64,000 nt of DNA from Armatimonadota bacterium. GTDB lineage: Bacteria > Armatimonadota > HRBIN16. The notes beneath the pieces are model-generated. The model was not told where the DNA came from. It was given only the letters and a program-made list of their open reading frames with translations, and ran no database searches. Below are positions 10,082-18,889 of this stretch, in pieces. The stretch spans positions 5,024,001 to 5,088,000 of the forward strand of contig OY781964.1 in NCBI GenBank assembly GCA_963677485.1. Direction: 5' to 3'. The number at the start of each line of letters is the position of its first letter. Positions within the stretch are counted from its first letter, which is position 1. Made by a program: the position numbers and the translations under genes.

Positions 10082-10944
10082 TGAGCGCGCTTAACATCCC
10101 CATCATCCCTTCCCTCTCCAGGGACCCGCACTCGATTTTAGATATGGATATGGAGCTGGCCACCAAATGGCTGATCGCCTTTCTGCGCGATGAGCTGATC
10201 CGCCGTCGCGGCTTTTCCAAAGCCGTGATCGGATTATCGGGCGGCGTCGACTCCGCGCTTTCTACCGCGTTGTGCAGCCTGGCACTCGGACCCGAGAATG
10301 TGTATACCGTGCGTATGCCCTACAAGACAAGCAGTCAGGACAGTCTGGACCATGCGGAGGCATGTGCCAGGCACTTCGGAGTTCACATGGACACTGTGGA
10401 GATCACTGACGCCGTTGATGGCTATCTGGCTTTCGCACCTGAGGCAGATGGTCGCCGTCGGGGCAATGTGATGGCCCGTATGCGTATGATCGTGCTGTTT
10501 GACCAGAGCGAACGATACAAAGCCCTGCCCATTGGTACCGGTAACAAGACGGAGCGGCTGTTTGGATACTACACCTGGCACGCTGACGATGCACCGGCAG
10601 TGAACCCTCTGGGCGACCTGTTCAAAACGCAGGTCTGGAAGTTATCCGAGCACCTTGGTGTACCCGATGAGATCGTGGAGAAAGCCCCCAGTGCCGACCT
10701 GGTAGTTGGCCAGACCGATGAGGCCGATCTCGGCATCAGCTACGAGCTGGCGGATATGATCCTGGCGCATATCCTGGCGGGCTACGACAGATCACGGATC
10801 ATATCGCTCGGCTTCTCAGCACACGATGTCGACCTGGTGTGGAAGCGGCTGAACAGCACGCACTGGAAGCGCCATACACCCACCTCGGCCATGCTCAGTG
10901 CCACCAGCATCAACGACTACTACCTGCGCCCGGTGGATTTTTAG
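10081..10944 (+). CDS. nadE: NAD+ synthase
   Basis: GLSGGVDS, GNVMARMRM, GTGNKTE, KAPSADL, GQTDE motifs. Confidence 0.95.
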   Translation: MSALNIPIIPSLSRDPHSILDMDMELATKWLIAFLRDELIRRRGFSKAVIGLSGGVDSALSTALCSLALGPENVYTVRMPYKTSSQDSLDHAEACARHFGVHMDTVEITDAVDGYLAFAPEADGRRRGNVMARMRMIVLFDQSERYKALPIGTGNKTERLFGYYTWHADDAPAVNPLGDLFKTQVWKLSEHLGVPDEIVEKAPSADLVVGQTDEADLGISYELADMILAHILAGYDRSRIISLGFSAHDVDLVWKRLNSTHWKRHTPTSAMLSATSINDYYLRPVDF

Positions 10945-10953
10945 TCTGTTTTT

Positions 10954-11152
10954 CGTAGGGATGAGCCTGGCGGTCGTCTGATGTTGCGCATGGCTCGCAC
11001 CGATGACCCTGGCGGTTGTCTGATGTTGCGCGTGGCTCGCACCGATGACCCTGGCGGTTGTCTGATGTTGCGCATGGTTCGTACGGATGACCCTGGCGGT
11101 TGTCTGATATCGCGCATGGTTCGTCGGGACGGCCCTTGTGGCCGTCCCTACG
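10954..11152. repeat. REP-like array: four 42-bp tandem units plus an inverted palindromic REP
   Basis: Units start at 10954, 10996, 11038 and 11080 (core GATGACCCTGGCGGTTGTCTGATGTTGCGC). The last element is GGGACGGCC-CTTGT-GGCCGTCCC-TAC. GTAG at the left end, CTAC at the right end. Confidence 0.85.
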
Positions 11153-11183
11153 TGCATGGAATCATCGTACCGCGGGGCGAATA

Positions 11184-11780
11184 CTAAATCTCTCGCCGCC
11201 ACTCCAATGCCGAGACAAGCGTAGCGTGGTCGGCGTAGTCCAGCTCGGTGCCGCTGGGCATTCCCTGCGCCAGCTTGGTCACGCGTATCTCCAGGGGCTT
11301 CAACATCCTGGCGATATACAGCGAGGTTGTCTCGCCCTCCACAGTGGGTGGTAAGGCCAATATCACCTCAGTCACCGTACCGTCGGCACAGCGTTGCAGA
11401 AGCTCGCGCAGTTTGAGCTGCTCTGGCCCCACATTCTCCAGGGGCGAAATGACCCCATGCAGCACATGGTAATAACCGTGATATTCCGAGGTTCGTTCAA
11501 TCGCCATCATATCGCGAGGGTCCGCAATCGCACAGATGGTCTTCTCATCACGGTTGGGGTTCGCGCAGACCGGGCACAGGTCCTGTTCGCTGATGTTGCA
11601 GCAACGCTGACACATCTTCGTCTGCAGCGTCGCCTGCATGACGGCATCCGACAACTCCTTCACACGCTCAACCGGCATCTTCAGGATATGCAGAGCCAGT
11701 CGCTGCGCGCTCCGCGGCCCGATACCGGGCAACATACCCAACTGCCGGATCAAGTTAGCTACCGGACGTGCAAACTCCAT
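11184..11780 (-). CDS. recR: Recombination mediator RecR
   Basis: LPGIGPRSAQRLA HhH, C4 zinc finger, YHVLHGVISPL, EGETT Toprim. Confidence 0.97.
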   Translation of the reverse strand: MEFARPVANLIRQLGMLPGIGPRSAQRLALHILKMPVERVKELSDAVMQATLQTKMCQRCCNISEQDLCPVCANPNRDEKTICAIADPRDMMAIERTSEYHGYYHVLHGVISPLENVGPEQLKLRELLQRCADGTVTEVILALPPTVEGETTSLYIARMLKPLEIRVTKLAQGMPSGTELDYADHATLVSALEWRREI

Positions 11781-11786
11781 AGATCG

Positions 11787-12128
11787 CTACATAAGCCCTG
11801 GGATATTCATGCCGCCGGTAAGCCCACCCATAGCGGATGAAGCGGATTCTTTGGCTTTCGCTGCCGCGTCATTCACAGCGGTGATGATCAGGTCCTGAAG
11901 CATCTCGACATCGGATGGGTCCACGGCGATAGGGTCGATCTGCAGGTCTTTCAACTCGCCATGACCGTCCACGATCGCTTTGACCACTCCGCCGCCGACG
12001 GAAGATTCGAACCGCAGGTCCTTCATCTCTTCCTGCATCTTGTTCATGGACTGCATCGCTTCATCCATCATTCGTTGAATGTTGGCAGGATTCATGCCGC
12101 CACCACCAAACGGGCTTTTCATTTTCAT
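11787..12128 (-). CDS. ybaB: YbaB/EbfC nucleoid-associated protein
   Basis: GGGVVKA and DVEMLQDLIITAVNDA; located between dnaX and recR. Confidence 0.93.
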   Translation of the reverse strand: MKMKSPFGGGGMNPANIQRMMDEAMQSMNKMQEEMKDLRFESSVGGGVVKAIVDGHGELKDLQIDPIAVDPSDVEMLQDLIITAVNDAAAKAKESASSAMGGLTGGMNIPGLM

Positions 12129-12147
12129 TGTAGGGTTCTCCTTGTTA

Positions 12148-13788
12148 TTAGTCTTCTATTGTGCCGTCAAGTTCACGGGCGACTTCAGCGACGAAATCCA
12201 CCTCGTTGCTACCGCCCATGACGCAATCTAACTTGATCGAATCAGCTCCACACACACTGGCTATGATCTGCTGCACGAACAGCTTACGTTTTTCGGCTTG
12301 CAACAGGTTCATGGACGAGGGGTCACTGAACTCCAACCGTAATACGCCACTCTCCGAGCAACTTACTGGCCGCGCCTTCTGAAGCACTTTGGCTCCCCCG
12401 ATGCTCTGCTGGGAAACAGCACGAATGACTTCCTGCCACCTGCGCATGATCACATCAAACAACTGGCTTCCGCCTCCAGCTGCTTTGGGTGTTGCCGCCT
12501 TCGGCCTGACTGCCGACGGTGATGGAGTTGCTGCTGGGGCTGGCACTGGGGCCGAAGGAGGCTCCGCTTTAGGAGCAGACCTTCGAGGTTCTGCTGGCTC
12601 AGGTCGTGGTGTCGGTGACATGGACGGGTTGGTCCGTGCTGGGGGTGCGGCTTGTGCATGAAATCCTTCAGACGCCATTGGTGCGGCAGCGGGTGCAGCT
12701 GCGGGCTCAACACCCGTGGCTAGCCTGATTGTCAGCAGATCAAGAAGAACCCGATGGTCTCGGACGATCTTCATGCGTGCCTGCTGCTGCACTGTCGCTT
12801 CCAGCATTCCCGCAAGCTTGCCAGGCGTGAACTGGTTGGCCATAAACTTCAAAGCGGTCTGATCAGCCACGCTGGCGTTTTCGCCAAAAACACCGGCTGA
12901 GGCATATGTGATGTCACGTATTTTGCGGCATAAAGAATCAAACACAGACTGGACCATCGCCCCGTTCACGATCATCTGGTTCACAGCCTGGACAGCTTTC
13001 GCCATGTCTTGCTTTGCGATGGCCCCGATGAGCACGCCGATCTCCACATCATCCACCACCCCAAGAACCCGCCGGGCGATCTCTGCAGAGATGGGGCCGT
13101 CGCTGAACGCAATCACTTGCTCCAACAGACTGAGTGAATCGCGGAAGCTGCCATCAGCCGCCTGAGCTACCAGGCTGACCGCCTCAGCATCGGCCTTAAT
13201 GCCTTCAGCGTCAAGCACCGACTGTATGCGCTTGTGAAGATCGTCAAGCGTCGCACGGCGGAAGTCAAATCGCATACACCGCGAGCGAATGGTGATAGGC
13301 ACTTTATGGAACTCCGTGGTGGCCAGCACGAATACGACGTGTGCCGGTGGTTCCTCTAGCGTTTTGAGCAGCGCATCAAAGGCCTTTGGGCTAAGGTCAT
13401 GGACTTCGTCAACAATGTAGACCTTATAGCGGCTCTCCTGAGGCATATACTGTGCATTTTCGATGATCGTCTCACGCACATCGTCAATACCGGTCTCAGA
13501 GGCCGCGTCCATCTCCACGACGTCCACAGCGTGTCCTTCGCGAATGGCCACGCAGCTTCGGCACTCGTCGCACGGTTCCTCAGTGATCCCCCGCTCGCAA
13601 TTCAATGCCTTGGCCAGCAAGCGCGCAGTGGTAGTCTTACCCGTACCGCGTGGTCCGCAAAACAAATAGGCATGTGTGATCTTGCCAGAGCGCAAAGCGT
13701 TCTGTATGGTCTTGGTGACATGCTCCTGCCCCATCACATCACTGAAGGTTTGCGAGCGGTATTTCCGATATAAAGCTACATGTGCCAT
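12148..13788 (-). CDS. dnaX: DNA polymerase III subunit gamma/tau
   Basis: Start reset to ATG 13788 (MAHVALYRKYR). GPRGTGKTT, EMDAAS, DEVH, LLKTLEEPP, SRC motifs and a Pro/Ala-rich linker. Confidence 0.96.
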   Translation of the reverse strand: MAHVALYRKYRSQTFSDVMGQEHVTKTIQNALRSGKITHAYLFCGPRGTGKTTTARLLAKALNCERGITEEPCDECRSCVAIREGHAVDVVEMDAASETGIDDVRETIIENAQYMPQESRYKVYIVDEVHDLSPKAFDALLKTLEEPPAHVVFVLATTEFHKVPITIRSRCMRFDFRRATLDDLHKRIQSVLDAEGIKADAEAVSLVAQAADGSFRDSLSLLEQVIAFSDGPISAEIARRVLGVVDDVEIGVLIGAIAKQDMAKAVQAVNQMIVNGAMVQSVFDSLCRKIRDITYASAGVFGENASVADQTALKFMANQFTPGKLAGMLEATVQQQARMKIVRDHRVLLDLLTIRLATGVEPAAAPAAAPMASEGFHAQAAPPARTNPSMSPTPRPEPAEPRRSAPKAEPPSAPVPAPAATPSPSAVRPKAATPKAAGGGSQLFDVIMRRWQEVIRAVSQQSIGGAKVLQKARPVSCSESGVLRLEFSDPSSMNLLQAEKRKLFVQQIIASVCGADSIKLDCVMGGSNEVDFVAEVARELDGTIED

Positions 13789-13792
13789 TAGT

Positions 13793-14833
13793 CTATTTGA
13801 GACCTTTGATCCAGGAAGAGATGAGTCGTGCGAGCTCTTTACTATATTGAGGTGCCTGCGATACAGAAGAGGCCAGCTCCATTGTGGTGCTCTTGCTGCC
13901 GCCCGCGTTCGCCGTTTTCGCAAGGGTATCGGCTTCGGCCATCGTATATATGGTTTGGCGTGACACCGCAAACAACGACGGCACTTTAAGTCCCTGAGCA
14001 TAGGCTAACGGATCTATCTTGAAAAGTTGTTGCTGATAGTTTTGGTTTTGGTGGAATAGAGCTTCACCCACCTCAGGATGCAGTGCCGGAACTTGGTTAT
14101 TGTTGATAATCGCGTACACGCCTTGCACAAACTCCTCATGGAAGCCGTTAATCTTGGCGTCTGTCAAACCTTGTTTCCGAAAAGCTGTTTCCATTTGACG
14201 CCATAACCATAACCATGGCGTTGAGCTGGGAATATCTATACATATGATCCCGCTGACGAGTTTCGGGGCTTGCCATGCCACGCTGAGAGCAAGCAAACCA
14301 CCCTCTGAACGCCCGCAGGCATAGACGGGTAGACCTGCGAAGGGCTTTTGCCCTCTGGCCCATATCAACGCTGAAGTGGCGTCCTGCGCGAACCGGCGAA
14401 GATCGCTTCTGCCTAAATCGCCAGGATGTCGAAGGCTCTTTCCGACACCAAATTTGTCATATCGCACTACCGCTATTCCAATAGCAGCCAGTTCCTGTGC
14501 CGTTTTCGCTGTTGGCTGAGACGGCTTGCCATCAAGCAAACCATTCTTATCCTCATCACCGGCGCCAGGAATAATCACGACAACTGCCGTTGGTTTACCC
14601 GACGACGGCATGTCCACCGTAGCCGACAGGTTCCAGTTTTCGTTGACTAATCTGTCATCTGTCGTTTTGACTTGTATTACAGTTTTGATCAACGCGGGGT
14701 ATTGGCTTGTGGTTGGGTTAGCACTTGGCGTAACGGGCGATACCGCCTCCTGTGAGTAGCTGACACCAGCCATCGTAATGATGGCTCCGATAGCAAGGCA
14801 GCTTGCCAACGGATAGAAAAATCGACATGTCAT
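13793..14833 (-). CDS. Secreted alpha/beta-hydrolase-fold protein
   Basis: ATG 14833 follows AGGAG; signal peptide; VVIIPGAG, VRYDKFGVGKS and the GRSEGG nucleophile elbow. Confidence 0.75.
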   Translation of the reverse strand: MTCRFFYPLASCLAIGAIITMAGVSYSQEAVSPVTPSANPTTSQYPALIKTVIQVKTTDDRLVNENWNLSATVDMPSSGKPTAVVVIIPGAGDEDKNGLLDGKPSQPTAKTAQELAAIGIAVVRYDKFGVGKSLRHPGDLGRSDLRRFAQDATSALIWARGQKPFAGLPVYACGRSEGGLLALSVAWQAPKLVSGIICIDIPSSTPWLWLWRQMETAFRKQGLTDAKINGFHEEFVQGVYAIINNNQVPALHPEVGEALFHQNQNYQQQLFKIDPLAYAQGLKVPSLFAVSRQTIYTMAEADTLAKTANAGGSKSTTMELASSVSQAPQYSKELARLISSWIKGLK

Positions 14834-14891
14834 ATATGGTCTCCTACAGGCACTGATGCGATTTGGTTTCACAGGCCAAATATAAGCCAAA

Positions 14892-15008
14892 ACCCCTGAA
14901 CAGGCCGGGGATAAAACGCACGCGGCAATTACGCGGACCGCTGCTTTCTTCCGAACCTGACGGGGTTAACGCATACACCGCTGCGTTCCCCCCGGCCTAT
15001 TCAGGGGT
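14892..15008 (-). ncRNA. ffs: Signal recognition particle RNA
   Basis: Minus strand has the helix-8 signature CCCCGTCAGGTTCGGAAGAAAGCAGCGG enclosed by a long stem ACCCCTGAATAGGCCGGGG/CCCCGGCCTGTTCAGGGGT; upstream of dnaX, as in Bacillus. Confidence 0.92.
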
Positions 15009-15038
15009 CTATAACAGCGAAGTGCTGTTAATCGTAAA

Positions 15039-15064
15039 GGATGGCCGAGATTGGTCGGCCATCC
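15039..15064 (-). terminator. Perfect 10-bp hairpin; terminator of the ABC operon or 5' element of the SRP RNA
   Basis: Minus strand GGATGGCCGA-CCAATC-TCGGCCATCC-TTT. Confidence 0.55.
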
Positions 15065-15099
15065 ATACACATTACATTGTAACCAAAACAGGCACCAGG

Positions 15100-16452
15100 T
15101 TACAGTGGCCGAGCTTCGCCCTGACCTGATAGCAACTGTTCTCGTGTGAGTTCAAACCGCTTGATCACTCTGCGAACTGGAGCAGTATAGATTTTACCTG
15201 ACCTGTCTTTGACTTTTACCGTCTCCGTAATCAGGTTCTTATCTGTCATGCCTTCACCACGCCAGCCGATACGGTCTTGAGTGGATGCGGGTGAATAGAG
15301 CGGACAGAACCTTAGGGTGACGATATACTTTTTCGCCTTGAAATTGTACATCATGGGATCCTGGCTCATGTCCATTTTGCGTTTAAACTTGCCATCCATA
15401 ATGCCAGCCATGTCTTGCATCACCAGCACATCAGGCAGGTCCAGGGTAAACGGCACTTGCTTCCATTCTTTTTCCGCTTGACTGTCACTATCGGGTAATA
15501 GCATGTTGTGGTAGTCATCCTGACGCATCACAATGTGCATGCGCCCACCCCGTTTAGTGATGCGGTCGTATTGAGGATCCAGGTATGTTCCTAGATCAAA
15601 GGTTCCGCTGACTTGAATCTTCTTAACACCAATCACTTTAACTTGGGCGGTGAATTTGGTGTCTTGCATTGGTTTGGTGTCAGGATTCGGTTTTTCGTAG
15701 CGATTATATTGCCGAGACTCCGTCAGCGACAGGTTACGGATGCTGGTATCATTCATGCTTCGCATTGTGAAGTCTTTGGGGTTATAAACAGGCGAGGTCT
15801 CATGCTGCTTGATCACTTCACCCCAGGCAATAGCACACATATCGGATTGTCCAGATCGTTCCCAAGAATGCGGCAGCATGTGCCGTCTTGCTGGCGGGAT
15901 CCCAGGTAAGTTTTCGTCGAGGCGGTCCGGGAAGCGGTTTGCTTCCTGGAACCAATGCACCCCATTTTCGGCCATCTTCACCTTGTCGAACCACATCCAG
16001 CCGGCTTCGAAATACATATCGTAGACGTCACGGTTGTTGTCAACACCCTCTTCCAGCAGATGAATAGCTGTTCCAAGGTATCGACGGTCACTGCGCTGTT
16101 CTGTATCGGTAAAGTTGTAGCCAATGTGCCACGCACCGGTACTGTAGGCATCAAGGTTATGGGTGTCAAGCCATGTTACCAGCCGTATGATAGGCAGGAT
16201 CGCATCGTAGTTGCCCGAATGAAAGAACTCATCAGCCCGTACCCATAATGCACCGGCAACGACTTCTCGGAAACCCAGCAGGGTACCGAATATGTATTCG
16301 GTGGGAAGGCCAGTGACTTTACCGACAAGTCCCTTTGTTTTAGGTTCAAACTGAGGCCGGTATGTATCAGCGACTTTGTTCTGTAGAACGACGGTCGTCA
16401 GGAATGCCAAGCCAGTGAGAGCCCATAATATACCGCGTTTATTACGAGGCAT
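15100..16452 (-). CDS. Membrane-anchored TPR-like helical protein associated with an ABC transporter
   Basis: N-terminal TM helix; VAGALWVRADEFFH and YFEAGWMWF helical-repeat-like segments; follows the ABC permease. Confidence 0.6.
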   Translation of the reverse strand: MPRNKRGILWALTGLAFLTTVVLQNKVADTYRPQFEPKTKGLVGKVTGLPTEYIFGTLLGFREVVAGALWVRADEFFHSGNYDAILPIIRLVTWLDTHNLDAYSTGAWHIGYNFTDTEQRSDRRYLGTAIHLLEEGVDNNRDVYDMYFEAGWMWFDKVKMAENGVHWFQEANRFPDRLDENLPGIPPARRHMLPHSWERSGQSDMCAIAWGEVIKQHETSPVYNPKDFTMRSMNDTSIRNLSLTESRQYNRYEKPNPDTKPMQDTKFTAQVKVIGVKKIQVSGTFDLGTYLDPQYDRITKRGGRMHIVMRQDDYHNMLLPDSDSQAEKEWKQVPFTLDLPDVLVMQDMAGIMDGKFKRKMDMSQDPMMYNFKAKKYIVTLRFCPLYSPASTQDRIGWRGEGMTDKNLITETVKVKDRSGKIYTAPVRRVIKRFELTREQLLSGQGEARPL

Positions 16453-16456
16453 GCAA

Positions 16457-17236
16457 CTACACCTCACGCCTATCGAAAATCACATGCGCTATGCTCAATA
16501 AAACGGCAATCCAGATCACTGCATAGAAGATGTTGTTCAGATAGACTATGGCTTCGTTGACGATGGCGGTTTCGGGATGGATGACCTTGCTCTGGATGTT
16601 GAAATTACCAAATTGCGGAATGCAGTAATGCATCACCCATGCGATAGTCCGAGTCGCCATAGACTTATTCGGGTCCATCATCCCGCCCGTGGTCGTGGAC
16701 GCCAGTCCGATGATGTACATGGCCAGTGTCAGGAAGAAGTTCACAAACGGGGTGGAAAACACGCTGAAGAAGATCGCCACACATGCCAGCACACTCATCT
16801 GAAGGAATATCATCAATAATCCCTTCCACACGTTAGCCACGGCAGGCATGCCGCCTTTCATCATCAACACGGCGTAGAATAGCGCACCCATGACCACTAC
16901 ATTGAGCAGTACAGTCAGAACGCCGCCAAGGAACTTCCCGAAGATAAATTGATAACGCTGCACAGGCTTACTAAGCACAGTGTAGATGGTTCGTCTTTCA
17001 ATTTCGTTCGGTATCAGCGAAATACCCATGAAGATGCAGATCAACATAGAGGCAACCTGGATGATGCCCAGCCCCAGGCTCTTGATCATCGTCATCTCTT
17101 CACGTGCCTGCAGGAACGAAAACAGCGGAGCCATGACGAGTAAGATAGCGGCACCTAATATCAAAAGAAGGATAAGCCGTCTGCTCATCGCCTCCTTTAC
17201 TGTATTAGATGCAATGACCATGCTAGGTCCCATCAT
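16457..17236 (-). CDS. ABC-2 type transporter permease
   Basis: About six TM segments; EIERRTIYTVLSKPVQR and terminal FDRREV motifs. Confidence 0.88.
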   Translation of the reverse strand: MMGPSMVIASNTVKEAMSRRLILLLILGAAILLVMAPLFSFLQAREEMTMIKSLGLGIIQVASMLICIFMGISLIPNEIERRTIYTVLSKPVQRYQFIFGKFLGGVLTVLLNVVVMGALFYAVLMMKGGMPAVANVWKGLLMIFLQMSVLACVAIFFSVFSTPFVNFFLTLAMYIIGLASTTTGGMMDPNKSMATRTIAWVMHYCIPQFGNFNIQSKVIHPETAIVNEAIVYLNNIFYAVIWIAVLLSIAHVIFDRREV

Positions 17237-18159
17237 TTGGATTCTCCCTCAATGGTGTCGACAAACAACTGTTCAAGACTGCGTCGTTGTTGAGTCACAC
17301 TCTTAATCGATCCACCTTGCTTACGAATGACATCTATGGCCTTATCAACAGTCACATCCAGTGGAACACTGGCTATAAGCAGTCCATCGTGATCAGTCTC
17401 CAGCTCTGCGCCCAGTGCTCTTAACTCTGGCTCTACGGACTTCGCGACTGAGGTCACAATCTGCATTTTGCCGCTGGGTAACAGCTCTTCCAGTTTGCCC
17501 TGTCTCAGCAGCTTACCTTTGTTGAGAATGGAGATACGGTCACATGTCACCTCCACTTCGAGAAGCTGATGTGAACTGAGGAATACCGTCTTGCCCATGG
17601 CTTTCAAACTCATGATCGTATCACGAATTTCCAACCGAGCGAGCGGGTCTAAACCAGATGTTGGTTCGTCAAGGAATAATACTTGAGGATCATTGATCAG
17701 CGCTTGAGCGATGCCTATGCGCTGTTGCATACCCTTCGAGTAGCTCCTGAGCAGCTTGTCGCCATCGCGGGCTAAGCCCACTTGCTCCAACAGCTTGTCC
17801 ACCAGTGAACGTAGTTCTTTGCCTCGAATTCCAAACAGTTTCCCGTAGAATTCCAGTACCTGGCGACCTGTGAGATAGTCGTAAAAATACGGACTCTCAG
17901 GAAGATAGGCAACCTGTTTGCGAACCGCAGACTCACCGATTGGCTTACCTAATATAAATGCATCGCCTTTGTCTGGGAATATAAGTCCTAATAGCATCTT
18001 GATGGTCGTAGTTTTACCAGCACCATTCGGTCCAAGGAACCCGAATATCTCGCCGGCAAAGACTTCAAGATGGAGATCGTCTACAGCAGCGACTTTGGCG
18101 CCGGTCGTTTTGTTGAGATATGACTTTGTTAAGCCCTCAATCCGAATGGCTGAATCCAT
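17233..18159 (-). CDS. ABC transporter ATP-binding protein
   Basis: GPNGAGKTT, YSKGMQQR, FLDEPTSGLDP, SSH. Confidence 0.95.
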   Translation of the reverse strand: MDSAIRIEGLTKSYLNKTTGAKVAAVDDLHLEVFAGEIFGFLGPNGAGKTTTIKMLLGLIFPDKGDAFILGKPIGESAVRKQVAYLPESPYFYDYLTGRQVLEFYGKLFGIRGKELRSLVDKLLEQVGLARDGDKLLRSYSKGMQQRIGIAQALINDPQVLFLDEPTSGLDPLARLEIRDTIMSLKAMGKTVFLSSHQLLEVEVTCDRISILNKGKLLRQGKLEELLPSGKMQIVTSVAKSVEPELRALGAELETDHDGLLIASVPLDVTVDKAIDVIRKQGGSIKSVTQQRRSLEQLFVDTIEGESK

Positions 18160-18221
18160 TCAGTCCGTCTCCTTACAATACCTAAAATGGAACGGTTTAC
18201 CGGCAGTGCCGGCCCGATGGT

Positions 18222-18261
18222 AGTATATCTGTTGACGATGAACAGTGTCAACAGTTATAAA
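18222..18261. promoter_or_regulatory. Interleaved bidirectional promoter / palindromic site
   Basis: CTGTTGAC-N10-GTCAACAG palindrome; + strand TTGACG-N18-TATAAA; - strand TTGACA-N18-TATACT. Confidence 0.55.
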
Positions 18262-18409
18262 TACTGGCTGTTCTGGCGTCGCCGTTCCCAGATACAATGT
18301 GCAAGATGAATTCCGTGTCATTGTGTATGATAGTATATGAGGTATGCTTGTTGAATCGGCCTTTTGGGGCGCGTAACATGGACAAGCATAACTGTCAGGA
18401 GAATGCATC

Positions 18410-18874
18410 ATGAATGTAGTAATCTTAGGTTGCGGGAGAACGGGTTCCGCTTTAGCCTACATGCTTTCTGCTGCTAATCACAAGGTCAGTATAATAGAGT
18501 GGAAACCTGGTTCTTTGCGACGGCTGGATCCAAGATTTCATGGTCAAACCATCATAGGAAGCGGTTTGGATCAAGATATCCTGGAGCGAGCCGGAATCAA
18601 GGATGCAGACCTTTTTGCAGCACTAACAGAAGGCGACAACCGCAACTTAATGGCCGCACAGATAGCCAAACACAAGTATGGTGTTAAGAATATCGTGGCG
18701 AAAGTCAACGACCCCTTCAGGGCCGAGCGATATCGCAGTGAGGACATCTACACCATCTGTTACGGAGTGATCGGCGCATCAATGATTAAATCTGTGTTAA
18801 GTGGAGAAGATCCAGGTAATGTTCAGGAACTGAACTTACTGACTAGTATCTTCAACATTAGCGAAGATGAATAG
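18410..18874 (+). CDS. TrkA-N (RCK_N only) potassium-uptake regulatory protein
   Basis: ILGCGRTG Rossmann motif, AGIKDADLFAALTEGDNRN, AKVNDP. Confidence 0.88.
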   Translation: MNVVILGCGRTGSALAYMLSAANHKVSIIEWKPGSLRRLDPRFHGQTIIGSGLDQDILERAGIKDADLFAALTEGDNRNLMAAQIAKHKYGVKNIVAKVNDPFRAERYRSEDIYTICYGVIGASMIKSVLSGEDPGNVQELNLLTSIFNISEDE

Positions 18875-18889
18875 AGGAGTACCTCAAAG

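Noticed and set aside
10954-11152. CRISPR array
   Set aside because: The 42-bp units are near-identical along their whole length, with no unique spacers, and no cas genes are present.
10816-11354. Short repetitive ORFs across the nadE-recR gap
   Set aside because: They are translations of the 42-bp DNA repeat (a multiple of 3) and partly overlap real genes.
12148-12800. Programmed frameshift in dnaX
   Set aside because: No A-AAA-AAG or long A-run slippery site was noticed on the coding strand around the linker.
13789-14001. 71-aa N-terminal extension of DnaX in the ORF track
   Set aside because: It overlaps the upstream hydrolase gene; DnaX homology starts at MAHVALYRKYR.
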